A DNA stretch of 62,184 nt, the filler included, from Rhabdomonas costata (Eukaryota): the NCBI GenBank assembly GCA_019059605.1. It is 23 parts of 23 records of this genome, joined end to end, with 100 filler letters (N's around TTAATTAATTAA, not from the genome) between each part and the next. Parts side by side here need not be neighbours in the genome. Positions count along the whole stretch, not along the records: positions 40,655 to 43,257 come from JAHMHO010002659.1; positions 43,358 to 45,957 come from JAHMHO010002660.1; positions 46,058 to 48,660 come from JAHMHO010002661.1; positions 48,761 to 51,370 come from JAHMHO010002662.1; positions 51,471 to 54,073 come from JAHMHO010002663.1; 18 more parts are not named here. The stretch is one strand, 5' to 3'. Position numbers and translations under genes: made by a program. The notes below the pieces were generated by a model. It searched no databases. It saw only the letters and a program-made list of their open reading frames with translations, and was not told the DNA's origin. Positions 41,405 to 53,923 of the stretch are shown here, one piece after another. The stretch's first letter is position 1. The number at the start of each line of letters is the position of its first letter.

Positions 41405-42179
41405 TGGCGGTGGCCTCAAACCGTACGATCCCCCCTCCCAAAACAAGCGATCATAAATAATCGTCTGAAGGCAACACGAGGCAAGACTATCTCTCACGTT
41501 ACAAACCCACACCAAGGCACGTTTGAAGTGCTTTCGGCGGGTATTTCGTGGGAACTGGAATTCGCGGAGGATCTCAAGGATTAACGACGAGGATAACAGA
41601 AAAAAGGACGAGGGAAAGGGAACCCTGGCGAATGCACTCGTACGTTTGCGCCCGAGCGTCCTCAAGTTTTTGACCCTTTCTGAACTGCTTCGCAGGTACC
41701 CATTTCAACGCAGGTGCTTGTTTACATGCGCATGGATGTAAACAAGCCGCGCCTTTTTCCCCAAGAGTGCAGGTATACCAGGAAAGCACAAAAGTGTGCC
41801 ACACAGCGTCTGCGTCGCATCGAATTCGTCATAAGCGTCACAAGGCCCACCATCACCGATGACTATCCCATAAAAGCAGAGCAAGAGAGCAAAAGAAAAA
41901 GGTAGGATGTTTGCCCACCCGCTGCGCCGCGTCTGGGCATAAGTAAGCAGGAATCTTACCCTACACCCCATCCACCTCTCGGACAGCTGACAGCGCGAAG
42001 GAAAACTTACTGTCTCAGTCAACGCACCAGCAAAAGGGAAGGGACACCGAGGTGCGAACCAGCGGGAGAGCGACCCACGGGAGGTTTAAGCCTCCAGGAT
42101 TCTGCCCGATGATCCACCGGTTACTGGCCACTGGCCACACAGTTGGTGCACCTAAAATCGTGTCACCACAATCCACAAG

Positions 42180-42510
42180 CTATTTTAAATCCTCCTCGTC
42201 CTCCTCTGCTCCTTCCTCGTCGTCTTCCTCCTCCATCTCCTTTGCGCCTGGGGCGTCCTTGGGGCTTGGGCTGGGCTTATCGGTTTCCTTAGGCAGGCAT
42301 TTCTCTGTCTCCTCAGAAGCGGCGCTGCTGCCTTTGGCGGTGCTGTCCTTGTCCTGACCTGCCTCCTGCTTCCCCAGGATGTACTCCCGCAGACTCTCGG
42401 CCAGGAGCTTGCCCAGGGCGGCGGAGCCCTTCTCGGAGAGATGCAGGCCGTCTCTCTCCCACAGCCCGTTCTTGCGGTCAAAGTTCATCGGGCAGTCCAG
42501 GTACATTGTC
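42180..42510 (-). CDS. SGNH/GDSL hydrolase, terminal exon with acidic tail
   Basis: Acceptor ctcag|G at 42510. LWERDGLHLSEKGSAALGKLLA is SGNH block V (D-x-x-H). E/D-rich tail, then stop. Confidence 0.8.
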
Positions 42511-44300
42511 CTGAGGGGAGGAAGCGCCAGGCCTCCCGGACAGAGTTTATTAAGCAAGGATAGCACTCCAGACGGTACTCGTCTCAAACGGAGAGAATGC
42601 CAGCAGGCACGAAGTTTCATAACGCAAACAGACTCGATTCAAAACAGTACTCAACTTTTTTCATGGTGATTGCCCTAACGTCTAACTCATGCTGCCACGT
42701 GACACGAGAAGACCACAAGGACATGCAAAATGAGACGGCTTCTTGGCTATGAATCTCCCACAGCCCAGAAGAACAGCAAAAAAAACGAATAAGGGGAATA
42801 AGACGTTGAAAGGCGGTTGGGTGCGGGAAGGGGTCACCTCGGGGTATTGTACAATTCTGTGTGTGTGTGTGGACCGGGGACAGGAACCGGCCGCACGCGA
42901 CGCTTTGTTACATTGCTGTCATGTGCAGGTTTGTTTCACTGATGATGTTCCCTTTTTGTTCTTTTCTCGCCTGGCGTGCACGCTTGAGTGAGACGAAAAA
43001 ACAACCACCACAGAAAAAGGGTCACACGATGACAGGAAGCGGATCGTCGGGTTGACTGCCCGTCCCCAAAGCCGTGTGATAACAGGCCTCCGGTTCGAAA
43101 CCCCAAACCCACTCGGTCAGAATCCGAATCTGGTGGTCAATTTTCCAAACATTACCAGGGAAAGCCGAAAAGGAAAGTTTCAACGGTTCTCTCGACTTGA
43201 AGCTCGGGAGTTCGTACTACATTTCCTATGGCCTCAAAATGGAGGTTCACGTATTTANNNNNNNNNNNNNNNNNNNNNNNNNNNNNNNNNNNNNNNNNNN
43301 NTTAATTAATTAANNNNNNNNNNNNNNNNNNNNNNNNNNNNNNNNNNNNNNNNNNNNGGTTTTTTTTCTCATTTTTGGCCTTTTATCGAGGTTGTCTTTG
43401 CTAAAAAGGTGTCTTTTCCATGCAATTCGTGGCCCCGATGCATGGTGGATGGCCTCGCACCCCCCCCCTCCGCAGATTCAGACAATGTTGGTGTTGAAAG
43501 ACGCAGGTCACGTGGTCCAACATTCTCTTTTGCCGGGGGGGGGCTGGTTCCTGGTGATCACAGAGGTTTTGGCACAATTGTGGCTTTGCTGTGGTTTAAG
43601 ATGTTTAAGTTTGAAATTTGAGATTGATTCTAACTGAATAGGCGTGACGTTCGACCCACAAGCTTAAGCTGAAATTGCAATTTTGCCTGACTTCAAGTCG
43701 AATCGGATGATTATTTTGGTGGTTTTGGGAGTTGCGGAAAGCTTTTGTCCGAGTTTCAGGGGCAACCCCCTTGCCCCCCCCCGCCCCGCCCGTGTGTGTG
43801 GGGTCAGTAAACAAGAAGAAAGGTGAATCAGGGGTAATTCCCCTTCCCGCCACCCACAGATGCGTTGAACGGCTCCGGCTCATTATTAATAAGAACGCGA
43901 AATATTGCAATGCTGAGAAGAAAGGGGCCGGAAGCCAGTGCTGCGGATCGGAACCGCGGCCGAAGAGCCACTGTGGACCCGACAACATCCACAAGAGCCA
44001 TCCAGTCTGACTACCTCAAGCCTCCAGCCAACTGGGGATGCATTCTGCACATTCCCGCGGCAACGGTGGCGGGATGCCTGGTTTTGCAGCGCAACCAACA
44101 CGGCAGCAAACAACACAGCAGAGCAACACCCGCCGCCACTAAAAACAGGAGCCTTAAACAACAGCACGGCCACTGCGGTTATTGCGATTTCGCAAGCAAA
44201 AACGTTGGCCCATAAGAGATGCACCGGTGCAGGGCGATGCTTCAATGCTCCCGATGTGGATATGATCACACGCGTGAGGGGGGGGGGGCAGGCGGCTTGC

Positions 44301-44968
44301 CTTGGCAGTGACAGGGGCTCCCAATGTGATCAGCTTCTGCACGAGGGTCAGGGGAGCCGCCTTCCGCACGGCCAGGAGAAGGACGGTATTCTCCCCACAG
44401 GAGCTGTCGCTGGCCACGGTGAGGTCCACCCGAAGCTCAGCTGCTCGAGCCAGAAACACTTTGAGGAGGAAACCCCAGTGGCCCCCCTCAATGGCACGGT
44501 AGGCCGGCGTGCGCTGCTTGCCATCCTGTGGAAAGGGCGAAGGAAAGCGACCACCTGGCACAAACACAGGCGCGTTTTGCAGACAGCTGCTGGCACCGAA
44601 TCCGTTGCAAACCCGCAGATATGGCGCAGAGAAAAGGTACAAGAGGAGATGCAACGGTAGCGACGCCAACAAGAGGATGGGGAGTACGGATGGAAATGGC
44701 AAAGGTGGGAAAGCCGATCACTAATGCGAAGCGTGGAGAGATGGGGAAACAATGCATGGTGATTTCTGGAGAGTAACACAAGAAAGAAAGAACAAAAAAA
44801 TCAGGGGAACAATATCAGAACAGCGCCCTTTGTCAAAAACTAACACGGACTGGTTGCACACAGACGGACCTTGGCGTTGGGGTCCGCCACCGCGTCCAGA
44901 AGGGCATTGGAGATCTCTACGAGGCCCAGGAAAGCGGCGTGATGCAGGGGCGTGGCGCCGTCACTATC
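44301..44968 (-). CDS. Ankyrin-repeat protein, internal exons
   Basis: Exon 44968-44870 is 99 nt, exactly one repeat (DSDGATPLHHAAFLGLVEISNALLDAVADPNAK). Exon 44525-44301 reads DGKQRTPAYRAIEGGH…GENTVLLLAV…LVQKLITLGA. May be decaying. Confidence 0.8.
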
Positions 44969-45529
44969 CTGCGGGATGAGAACAAGAAGCAGAGATTGAC
45001 GCATGGCGAAGAAAGCATATCCTTAGCAAACAGAAAAAGGAAGTGAAACAAACGTCACAAAAGAATCGATTTCTGAGGCTGTGCGGCTCGTAGGGCGGGG
45101 GTGCAAAGGCCACCAGCAGAGATGCTTCCACAGGTGCCTCAGTGGCTCCGGAAGAGCCGTCTGCTGCTTGCCTGCACATGCGCGTCCCGCCCAGGACGTC
45201 CCGCTCCTCTGTAGCTTGCGCGCGCTTCACAGGCGTTCTTGCTGCACAGGGGATCTTTCCCCTCTGCCGTTATGAAACGTTTGAACAGTCTGTGTTGTGG
45301 TTTATGCGTATTCATTAACACTCTGGGGGCGACATAACGGCAAGCTTGGGATACCGCTACTGGGAAGAGTTGGATTGCACTCCATACGTCGTCCCCTTGC
45401 CGCCACTGGGCTGCAATGCCAGTTTTCGCCCTGGGCGGAGCCGAGACGTTGCCTGCCTTTGCCAAGCTGCGTTTCCTTGCTGCTTTGGTTTCTCTTCCAT
45501 TTGTTTTTTAAACCCTAACATAGACGGAA

Positions 45530-45957
45530 AAAAATGTGGAGGCGTGCGGCCCAATGCGCCGTACTTCGGAGAACAGCGTCAAAGTGCGTGCTGGAGAGGG
45601 TGCTTCCAGTGGCTATTTTCTCCCCATTCAGGTCGGGATGCAAGTGCCAGATGCTGCTAAACTCGTCGCCCGCAAAGCTCGTCGATGGCCTCAAGATGCC
45701 TCGAAGACCCACGCTGTCCTTCTGTTGGACATCAAACAGGCGTTCAACAGCATACGCGAAATGCTCAGAGAGGTCCGAGCTCGACTTCCGGCGGTTCTCC
45801 CGTTCGTGTCAGCCTACCCTGTTCCAACAGCAGTCTTTTGCGACGGGTTCAGGTTTGAGTCCACTTGAGGTGTTCAACAACTGAAGCTTGAAGAATTGGG
45901 TCTGGACTTTCAGCATAGGTTTCTGGATGACGCGCATTTGGCCGGTGAATGTTCGGC
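45530..45957 (+). mobile_element. CRE-clade non-LTR retrotransposon reverse transcriptase fragment (degenerate)
   Basis: Across frameshifts: GGVRP…VLRRTASKC, YFLPIQVGM.VP.AAKLVAR, VLLLDIKQAFNSI.REML.EV…P.VLPFV, FEST*GVQQ, then FLDD. The GDPLGP segment is deleted. Confidence 0.8.
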
Positions 45958-46057
45958 NNNNNNNNNNNNNNNNNNNNNNNNNNNNNNNNNNNNNNNNNNN
46001 NTTAATTAATTAANNNNNNNNNNNNNNNNNNNNNNNNNNNNNNNNNNNNNNNNNNNN

Positions 46058-46389
46058 GTGGGGTTTTGTAACAAATTCCACCTTACTGGACCCTGCTACA
46101 TACAAACCACCAAGGTACTGGTAACGGAGAACGAGGTGGCCGTGGGATAGAAGAAGCCCGCCCGCTTGTTGCCAGCAGACCCTTGCAGGCGTCACCATCA
46201 TCTGCGGCGCAGCACCCTCCGAGGCGAGTGCTTGACGAAGCTCAAGCAGCAACTGGGTGTGGTCCTGGCCCAACAGACGGGGGGAGCGGCTTCCATTATC
46301 CTTGTCCTTGTCTTCTGGGGACAAGGAGTGAAGATGATGATACAGAGATGCTACTGTAGCCAACCCAGGGGACGCCAAGATTTTCCGTA
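46058..46389 (-). CDS. Possible exon of a hypothetical protein
   Basis: Acceptor ggcag| at 46389 and an open frame to the contig end. No family recognised. Confidence 0.3.
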
Positions 46390-46512
46390 CTGCCGCGGTG
46401 CACAAGCACACCACGTCAATCGCTGACATCACCAAGAAAACCAAGGAAGAAATCCCCCCGAATCGGGGATGACCGGTTTCTCAATGCGCATTATGAATAT
46501 TTTACTGACAAG

Positions 46513-46552
46513 TCCAGAAGTAGTATAGTAAGCTTACTATACTACTTCCAGA
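46513..46552. repeat. Perfect 28-bp palindrome flanked by 6-bp direct repeats
   Basis: TCCAGA-AGTAGTATAGTAAGCTTACTATACTACT-TCCAGA. Confidence 0.9.
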
Positions 46553-47884
46553 ATTCCGTGAACCTCGCACAATGTTGCTTGCTCCAAATGGCATAATTTT
46601 TACACACGAGATTTGTGCAAAAACGAAGCAGTGAAGGTCACATGGTGTTCTGGAAGCCTACCCCACCATAAGATAACTCTTATATCACCACTTATTGAAT
46701 TGAAAACACACAAGTACCAATTTGAAAATAAATCAGAGAATTTCCAATACTCTACAAATGAACTTGAAGCGTGTAGAGGTTTTTTAGCATTACGTCGGTG
46801 GACTTGTCCCTGTCTTTCAGAAATTAGAAGTTGCGATGCTGCGGTATCTTTCCGAAGTATCCCGTGCCGTCGTTTGAAGTTGAAGTTACTCACCCACCAG
46901 CTTCCAAAATGGACCCGTCCCCCCCTCCTCATGAACACCAAAGGGATCTTGGCGTGTAGCAAGGGGAGCCTAGATGGGCATCGGCGGAGGGGGAAGGTGG
47001 CTGGAGCGCTGGGGCTGGAAGGCTGCCGTGGTGCCGTTGGCAGCACGCGGTGAGGCGAAGAGGGTAGGGTCGGTGGTGTTGGCAGGGACCGCAGTGTGGG
47101 GCGGAATGGACCGGGAAGAGGAGCGACATCCGCTCCTCTGCCACACCCGAGGGGGTCTATTAGTACCCTACTTGTCCGCATCTATTAGTACCCATACCCA
47201 GCCAGCGGCAGTTTCGAGGTGCACTCACCTCTCATCACTGGCACAATTTACCAAATCTCTTACATTAAAAAGTCATTTCGATGGCGGCACGTTTTATCCA
47301 ACACTTTCATGATAATTTAGGGGCAAATGGCAGCAAATTGGAAAAGCTTGCCAGGTGGCAAGCTCTTAGTGTCCCCATCGATCGAATTCCGGAATTCTCG
47401 ACCACCGAATGACTGTTGAGTCACTTTTGTATAAATGAGCAAAAAAAACAGCAACCTTCATGCACAAGAACAATTCAGGTGACTAGAAAACGGAAACCGC
47501 TTTGTTCCGCGGTCTCCCGCACACGAACTGTGAAACGTGTGCGACTGTGGGCGAGAGGCATATGCCACCCATTCGGGCAGTGCATGTCCAACGCCAACAG
47601 TATATAAGCAGCAAATGATGCGCGCAGCGAATTTGTACATATGAAGAGCTTCACTCAAGACAGCATCAACAGGAAAGAGGCACGCCAAACGTTGATAAGA
47701 AACGGGCAAGAGACGTGTGTGGACTACGAGGGCGGCGGAGCAGGTAAAACTCAGGAAGGCATTGCATAATGAAAGCAGCGCAGGGTTGCCCAGGATGAGA
47801 TCATCTGCCAATGTTCGCCATGTTTGTCATTCTTAGCATCTTTTGGGGGTCCTATTTCGACTGGGCCCTTCCCACCCAACGGGA

Positions 47885-48515
47885 TCAGTCGTGGCTGATT
47901 TGGTGGTGCTCAGCAAAGCCCAGGAAATCGTCCCAGAAGGTGAAGAAGGGTTGCTGGAGGTTCTTCCTGAAGCCCTTGGGATCGTGGTGGAAGCCGTGGT
48001 ACTTGGCGTTGTTGGCGAAGGGGAAGCAAAGCGGGCTCCAGGGGATGTAGAAGTTGCTGTGGTCAGACACCGTCTTCGCAGTGGCCAGGCACATCAGCAC
48101 TAGAGCGGTCTTCTCGTCGAGAAAAACCGCAAACATAGCAAATGCGGTGCCTGTCGGAAAAAATGATCATAAAGGTACCGTAGGCATCACAACGAATGCG
48201 GCGGGTCCTTTGGAGTGTCCATAAGGACGTTATTATGCGGCGGTACAAAAAGGAAAAATGCCTCCGGAGTTTGCGATGCCCCCAAACGAGGGGTTCCACT
48301 TTTTCAGATGATTGGTTGCAAATGAAGTTGATAACTGCGCTACATTCACAGCGGTGACCGGAAATGGGGAGGAGTAAAGGGGTGGAGAGACCTACGGTGT
48401 CCAGGAGAAACCCCTCAATGGGGTGGTTGTACAGTGCGCCCCAGCCGTAGGGGGCGTACAAGCGATGATGCCAGCTGTGCAGCATCCGGAACATGGTGTT
48501 GTTGTGGTGCATTAT
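47885..48515 (-). CDS. SUR2: Sphinganine C4-monooxygenase (SUR2/SBH-like fatty acid hydroxylase), last two exons
   Basis: Exon 48515-48392 MHHN…LHSWHHRLYAPYGWGALYNHPIEGFLLDTVG joins exon 48150-47885 ATAKTVSDHS…NNAKYHGFHH…NLQQPFFTFWD.FLG. Phase-1 GT-AG intron. Confidence 0.9.
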
Positions 48516-49536
48516 CTGCGCGGGAGAGACGCGGAAGGGAGGAAGGGAGGAAGCAGGCGCGCTGAGTACCCAGAAAAAAATGTTTTGCCCCTGGGCACTA
48601 CGTGAACGAAATAGAATGGGGGGCATCACAGCAGATCCGGAAAACAGGCTGGGAGTAATANNNNNNNNNNNNNNNNNNNNNNNNNNNNNNNNNNNNNNNN
48701 NNNNTTAATTAATTAANNNNNNNNNNNNNNNNNNNNNNNNNNNNNNNNNNNNNNNNNNNNGGTGTTGGGTGGCCTCACACTTACCGTTAGGGGAGGGGGC
48801 GGGGAGCTGTTCCCGCCAATTGCTACGTGTGCTATGGATGTGATGTGTCACTGGACGCAGTTCTGGTGTCCCTTGGGACGTTGCATTAAGCGAGGGTAGT
48901 TTTAGTAAGTTTGGTTGAAGCTGCATAGACGGGGTTGCCCTCCTCTCCTTCCTGAGCCACACTCATGTTACAGCCCAGCATGGCCTCTTGTGCCCTTCCG
49001 CTGTGGCCCTCCTCGCCGCTACAGCGCGGGAGTTGGAGCTTCCGAGCGCTCCCGCTGCCACCCCCACCCCTCTCCGCGGTGTCCTTGGCGCCTGCCATTT
49101 CGCTGCGGGGGGTATGGGCCGCTGCGTCCCGTCCGTAGACCCAGTTCGGCACTTTGTACTTGTTGGGGTTGTTGTGCCAGACAAGGTTGGCTCGCACAAA
49201 AGGGACGGAGTTCTTATGTAGATGTAGCTACATGTGGGTGTGGTTGCACGATGCGAAGTTGTTGAGCGTGTACGTGCCTTGCCAGACGAAGAGCGGAGAC
49301 GGATGTGAGAGGATGTGATGTATGAGTTGGTTGACGATGCCGTGGAGGGGTGGGGTTGGGGGTGTTGCCGGAAAGATAGAGTTACCTCGGCGGGTGTTGT
49401 TTGAAGGAGAAAAGGCCACCCGCTGTGGCTCACCCGACTCCTCATACCACCTTTTTTCCAGCGATTTTATCTTGTTGCACTTGCTACCTTTGTGCGCCTG
49501 AAAGGATGCGTATGTATGGGCATTGGGTCATGTTCT

Positions 49537-49571
<35 letters not shown>

Positions 49572-51887
49572 CTGTTTGCTGTGCTTTCCGGCCTCCATCC
49601 TGTGGGTACGCGGGGCATCGCGGCCTTCAAGATGCACAAAACCTGCCTTGTACAGTATTTTTATTTTCATGATTTCTTGCCCAGCACCTCACCTTCTGCG
49701 GTTGTGAAGCCCCAATCTGTTACGTGGACGAACAAATTCTCGTAGCCCAACCCACATCCGATGACTGTTGACTGAACTCACAGAACCCCCCCCCCGGCTA
49801 ATTCCAGATAATTGAGGGGTCATCTGCCCCAGTTGGGCTGATGATGTGTTACTTGGGGATGGTTTTTTGGGCTGCAATCGAAACCTGAGGAAGAAATGCA
49901 CACATCAAATTAACGCTGTGGATGCTCAAACAGCCCCCCCATTTCCCCCTTTTTCTTCTGTTCGTCACGACACTGCGAATTGCCATTCAGGCCTCCAGCT
50001 TCTCTTCCCATACAACAGACATGTCGTCTCGGAATGTCCGAGCAGGAGGTAGGAGTGTGAATGAGAGAGAGAGTGTGTGTTTACATCATCAATGCGCACT
50101 TGATCTGGGAAGTCAAAGCCCATTAGACCCTCATTTGCACCACCGATGCCAGTAGTTATCACATCGGCGGCTCGACGGTCAGTGCGAATTTATGACACGT
50201 CCTCTCCCAGGATCTTCCCTCTTCCCTTTGTAAAATTGGGCCTCCTCCGGGTCCGCATTTCCCACACCCCTGGTTTCTGTTCTTTGGTTTTGAGAAATAA
50301 ATAAGAAAAAAAGAAATAGGAGAGAGAGAAGCGAGTGAAAAAAGGGAACGACTGTAAAAAAAAATGTCGGAATATGTGCTTCCCACGGCCTTCTCTGGGT
50401 ACCCCAAGTACAACCACAAAATATCCCTGTACTCCGAGGAGTCCGGTGGCTACCTCGCCGCTGCTGGGTACGCCCGCGCGAGTCCTTCCTTTGTGTTCGG
50501 TTATTGGATATGGTAAAGGCGCGACACAGAAGTGGAGTTGGGTGAGCGACGGTTTAAGGATAGCATTTCTTTCCATCATCGCTCTTCTTCAGGTGTGGGT
50601 GTGAGTACGTTTCCTTTTCCGACTTTTCATTGCACAAACATACATAAAAGAGAACAAACAGATACAACTGTCCCTAAAGTCAAGAAGAGAGCAGAGGTTG
50701 TTGGGATGCCCGTTAACCGCCACTGTCGTTTCCGGGGGTTGCTCGTCTCTGAACATAGCCTCTGAACATACTCATGCCGTGTGCAAACAGTACGCGAGTA
50801 CTGAGGCAGCTGCTTGTCGAAAGTTCCGCACTTGATTCATTTTCTGATTCGAACTTCTGAAACCGTCTGGCTTCCGATCGGCTCTGCCTGTCTATGTTTG
50901 CGTTCTTAGGCTGACCTCCTCTGATCTGCGGGTGGAGCCTTTGAACACCACAGGGGCTACTCCCCAGAACTTTGAACGTGTGTGAGCCTCCCCCCCCTCC
51001 CAACCTGGCCAAGGAAATTTTGAGCTTGAGTGGGCTTGTGGGCTTCTAAGCGCAATCTGATTCATTGCTCCTCGGCCACCGTCATGAAAGAACACTCGGG
51101 TCAGTGTGTTTGAACAGGTCTCTGAAAGAAAAGGCTCGCTATGTCTGCCCCTTGTGTTGTGCGCTTGTGGAAGGGCGAACAACAGCGTTCACCAATGTTT
51201 AACCATCGCCCCCCCTCCACAACCGGCGCAGACACTCTGTGAAAGGCAGTATTTGAGGGATCGCGTCCTGTCGGGTTTCCATGTGAAGGTTTGCCGCCCA
51301 CTTAGCTCTGGGTGATAATCCCTTTCCGCGTGCCAAAAAAGGTGCAGGTCTTCCCATACACCCACACACANNNNNNNNNNNNNNNNNNNNNNNNNNNNNN
51401 NNNNNNNNNNNNNNTTAATTAATTAANNNNNNNNNNNNNNNNNNNNNNNNNNNNNNNNNNNNNNNNNNNNGGTGGTGAAAGCTCAAGCTGGAAGGATTGT
51501 GTGCCGGCAGTGAACTCGTGGTGGCAGGTGTCTGTGGGCTTGCATGGCTATGTGATACATCACATTGAGAAAACACTGCTGGAGTTTCGGAGCCGATTTT
51601 CTGTTGCTTGCATTTGAACTTGTTCCGAAATTCTGGCACGATGCAAACTTAAATAGTGAAATTGCCATACGCGAGAAGCTATGTCGGCCTGAAGGACGCG
51701 TCAAAACAAAAGTGGTTGGTTTCACCAGGTGAGCCACAGGATAAGACGGGTACAAGTGAGCACATCGGGAAAAAAGGTAGCAATCTGTGGAATAGGGGCT
51801 CGCTACGCATAATGGTGCAAGAATAGCGCTAGCTCTTGAACCTGGATTATCCGAACAGCATCGTTTGTTATATGGCCCTGCCCCTTC

Positions 51888-52319
51888 ATGTCTTTCTTAA
51901 CTTCCGTCTTTCTGGTGCTGAACTGCATGGGGTTTGCCCTCTTCTGCCTGGACAAAGCTCAGGCCATGATGGGCTGGTGGTGAACCGCAGAGACCACTCT
52001 GCTGGCTGCGGTAGCACTGGGCCCGTTTGGGTGCGCCGTGGCCATGCTGCTTTGCAGCCATAAAGTGACTCGGTGGAAATTCTGGCTCGCAGTATGTCTG
52101 TTTAGTGTCAGCCACCTTGTGCTGCAGTGGAAGACAATGATCAGTGCGCAGCTTTGGGCCACGCTCCCCCTTGAGCTCGGTATTCTTCTGGTGATATTGT
52201 TCTGCTCCCCGTCAATTGCACGCCGAGCTTCCCGTGGCAGCGTCAGCGCGAGAAGCTCCTCCCCAACCCCCCGGGGCATTCAGCAGAATTACTGGAGCAA
52301 CCGCCGATATTACCAGTGA
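51888..52319 (+). pseudogene. DUF1294 (YsdA-like) membrane protein with one in-frame TGA
   Basis: MSFLTSVFLVLNCMGFALFCLDKAQAMMGWW*TAETTLLAAVALGPFGCAVAMLLCSHKVTRWKFW matches N..F....DK..A..G.WR..E.TL…G..G…M….HK..K.KF. TGA at 51981-51983. Confidence 0.75.
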
Positions 52320-52856
52320 ACCAAGAGTGAATCATTGATTCTGTATCCCTGTTCTTCTGGTGTCTGGCAAGCGGCCACTGTTTACTCGCACTGAAATGCC
52401 TTTGACCCCCGCTGGGCTAATTCGCAAGCACTACAGGATAAGGGTCACATGCATAGACTCGCGGATCCCAGGCACATGGAGCCTGTGGCATTTGTTTCTT
52501 CAGGAATGTCCCCTTTTGGAGCAGCTGAATCTTCGCATGTTGTGCCGTGGTGATGTCCCGGACCTTTGCGGCTTTCCCTAATTTTTGGTCGGTGTTATTG
52601 AAACTACTTCTGATAAATCCCCCGTGAACTAATTGATTTATGCGTGGAGGGTAGATATGTTTATGCCTCAAGTCCTTTGCCCACCTGCAACTGATTGCTT
52701 TCTTTGGTCCCACTCTGTCTCAACCTGAAGGTCATCTGGCGCCGTAGTCTCGTTGTTTTCGCATCTCTCTTCTCAAATGCTCGATTAAATGAGGCGTTTT
52801 TTTTCGTTATGCCTCCTCCTTCGTGCCCCCTTTTTTCGCAGACAGGTTTTCACAGA

Positions 52857-53923
52857 ATGGCTGCCCATCTGGCAGGGTCGAGCTCTTCCGAAGAATATAC
52901 GGTGAAAAACATCATTGCCTCCTTGGCTCCAGAGGACGGCGAACCCGTTGGTCCCCAGCTGCAGCTTCCCGTGGATATTTCTAACAATCAGCTGGAAGAA
53001 GTGCTGAACAAGCTTCTGAAAAATGTGCGTGCTCGCAAGCAGGCGCTCGTTGTTTTGGTGCTATTTTGCTGCTTGTTTGTTGAAGTATACGCAAGACCTG
53101 GTCTGATTTCTATTTGCTGTCCATGAGTCTCATTATTGGTTGTGGGGCCTGCTTTTTATTTTGTGTTTGCACCTTGATGCGAACTTGATGTAGTTGATAT
53201 GCCCACACATGCAGCTCTGTTTTTGTGTTGATTCAGGAAGAGTCCATGCCATATTCGTTTTACATTGACTCCGAGGAGATCACCTCTTCTGTCGCTGAGC
53301 TGCTGCTACAGAAGCAGAGGGACAAGTGGGCAGACGACATGCTCAAGCGGGGCAAGCGGTTTACTCCTGCCGACACCGCAAAGGCATCTGAACTTTTCCT
53401 TCCGTTCTTAGATTATTGGTTGCATGACCCTACTTGAACACTTGAACACTGCTCGCGTGGTCTGTAATACTGCTGAAGTGGTTCGTTTTGTGTAAAGGTC
53501 GCCCTGTTTTGCTTGGACTCTCAGGTTCAGCTGAAAGTTCCCACTGAAGAGGTGATCAAAATCATGTATCGGCCCCAGGTACTCTTTTATTTTTGGGCTG
53601 AGAATTTGAATCATATCATAACTTGCGCATCATGACACCGCGAAGGGTATTTTGGCCACTGGATTCGACGAGTTTTGGGGTTAATAATCTAGTGGCTTCA
53701 ATTTCCTGCATTGCAAGTCCACATTGCGACGTGGTCTCCTCGGGGGGCGGTGGTATGTTTTGTTACCTTTGGGTCGTTTCAATTTACTCATCTGAAGAAA
53801 ATGGAAGGAACTTGTTTGTGCATTTCAGTGATTCAATTATTAACGAGTTAACGGTTCGTTTCCCTTTTGAACAGGCTGTCTTTCGAGTTCGCCCCGTCAC
53901 TCGGTGTACTTCCACGCTCTCTG
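52857..53923 (+). CDS. NLE1: Notchless / Rsa4 ribosome assembly protein, first four exons
   Basis: Exons 52857-53024, 53237-53383, 53525-53578 and 53875-53923: GEPVGPQLQLPVDI…QLEEVLNKLL.NEE.MPYSFYID.EEI…TEEVIKIMYRPQAVFRVRPVTRCTSTLSG. Intron 2 is GC-AG. Confidence 0.93.

Noticed and set aside
51981..51983. Genome-wide stop-codon reassignment
   Set aside because: TGA terminates several genes here, and no other conserved exon contains an in-frame stop.
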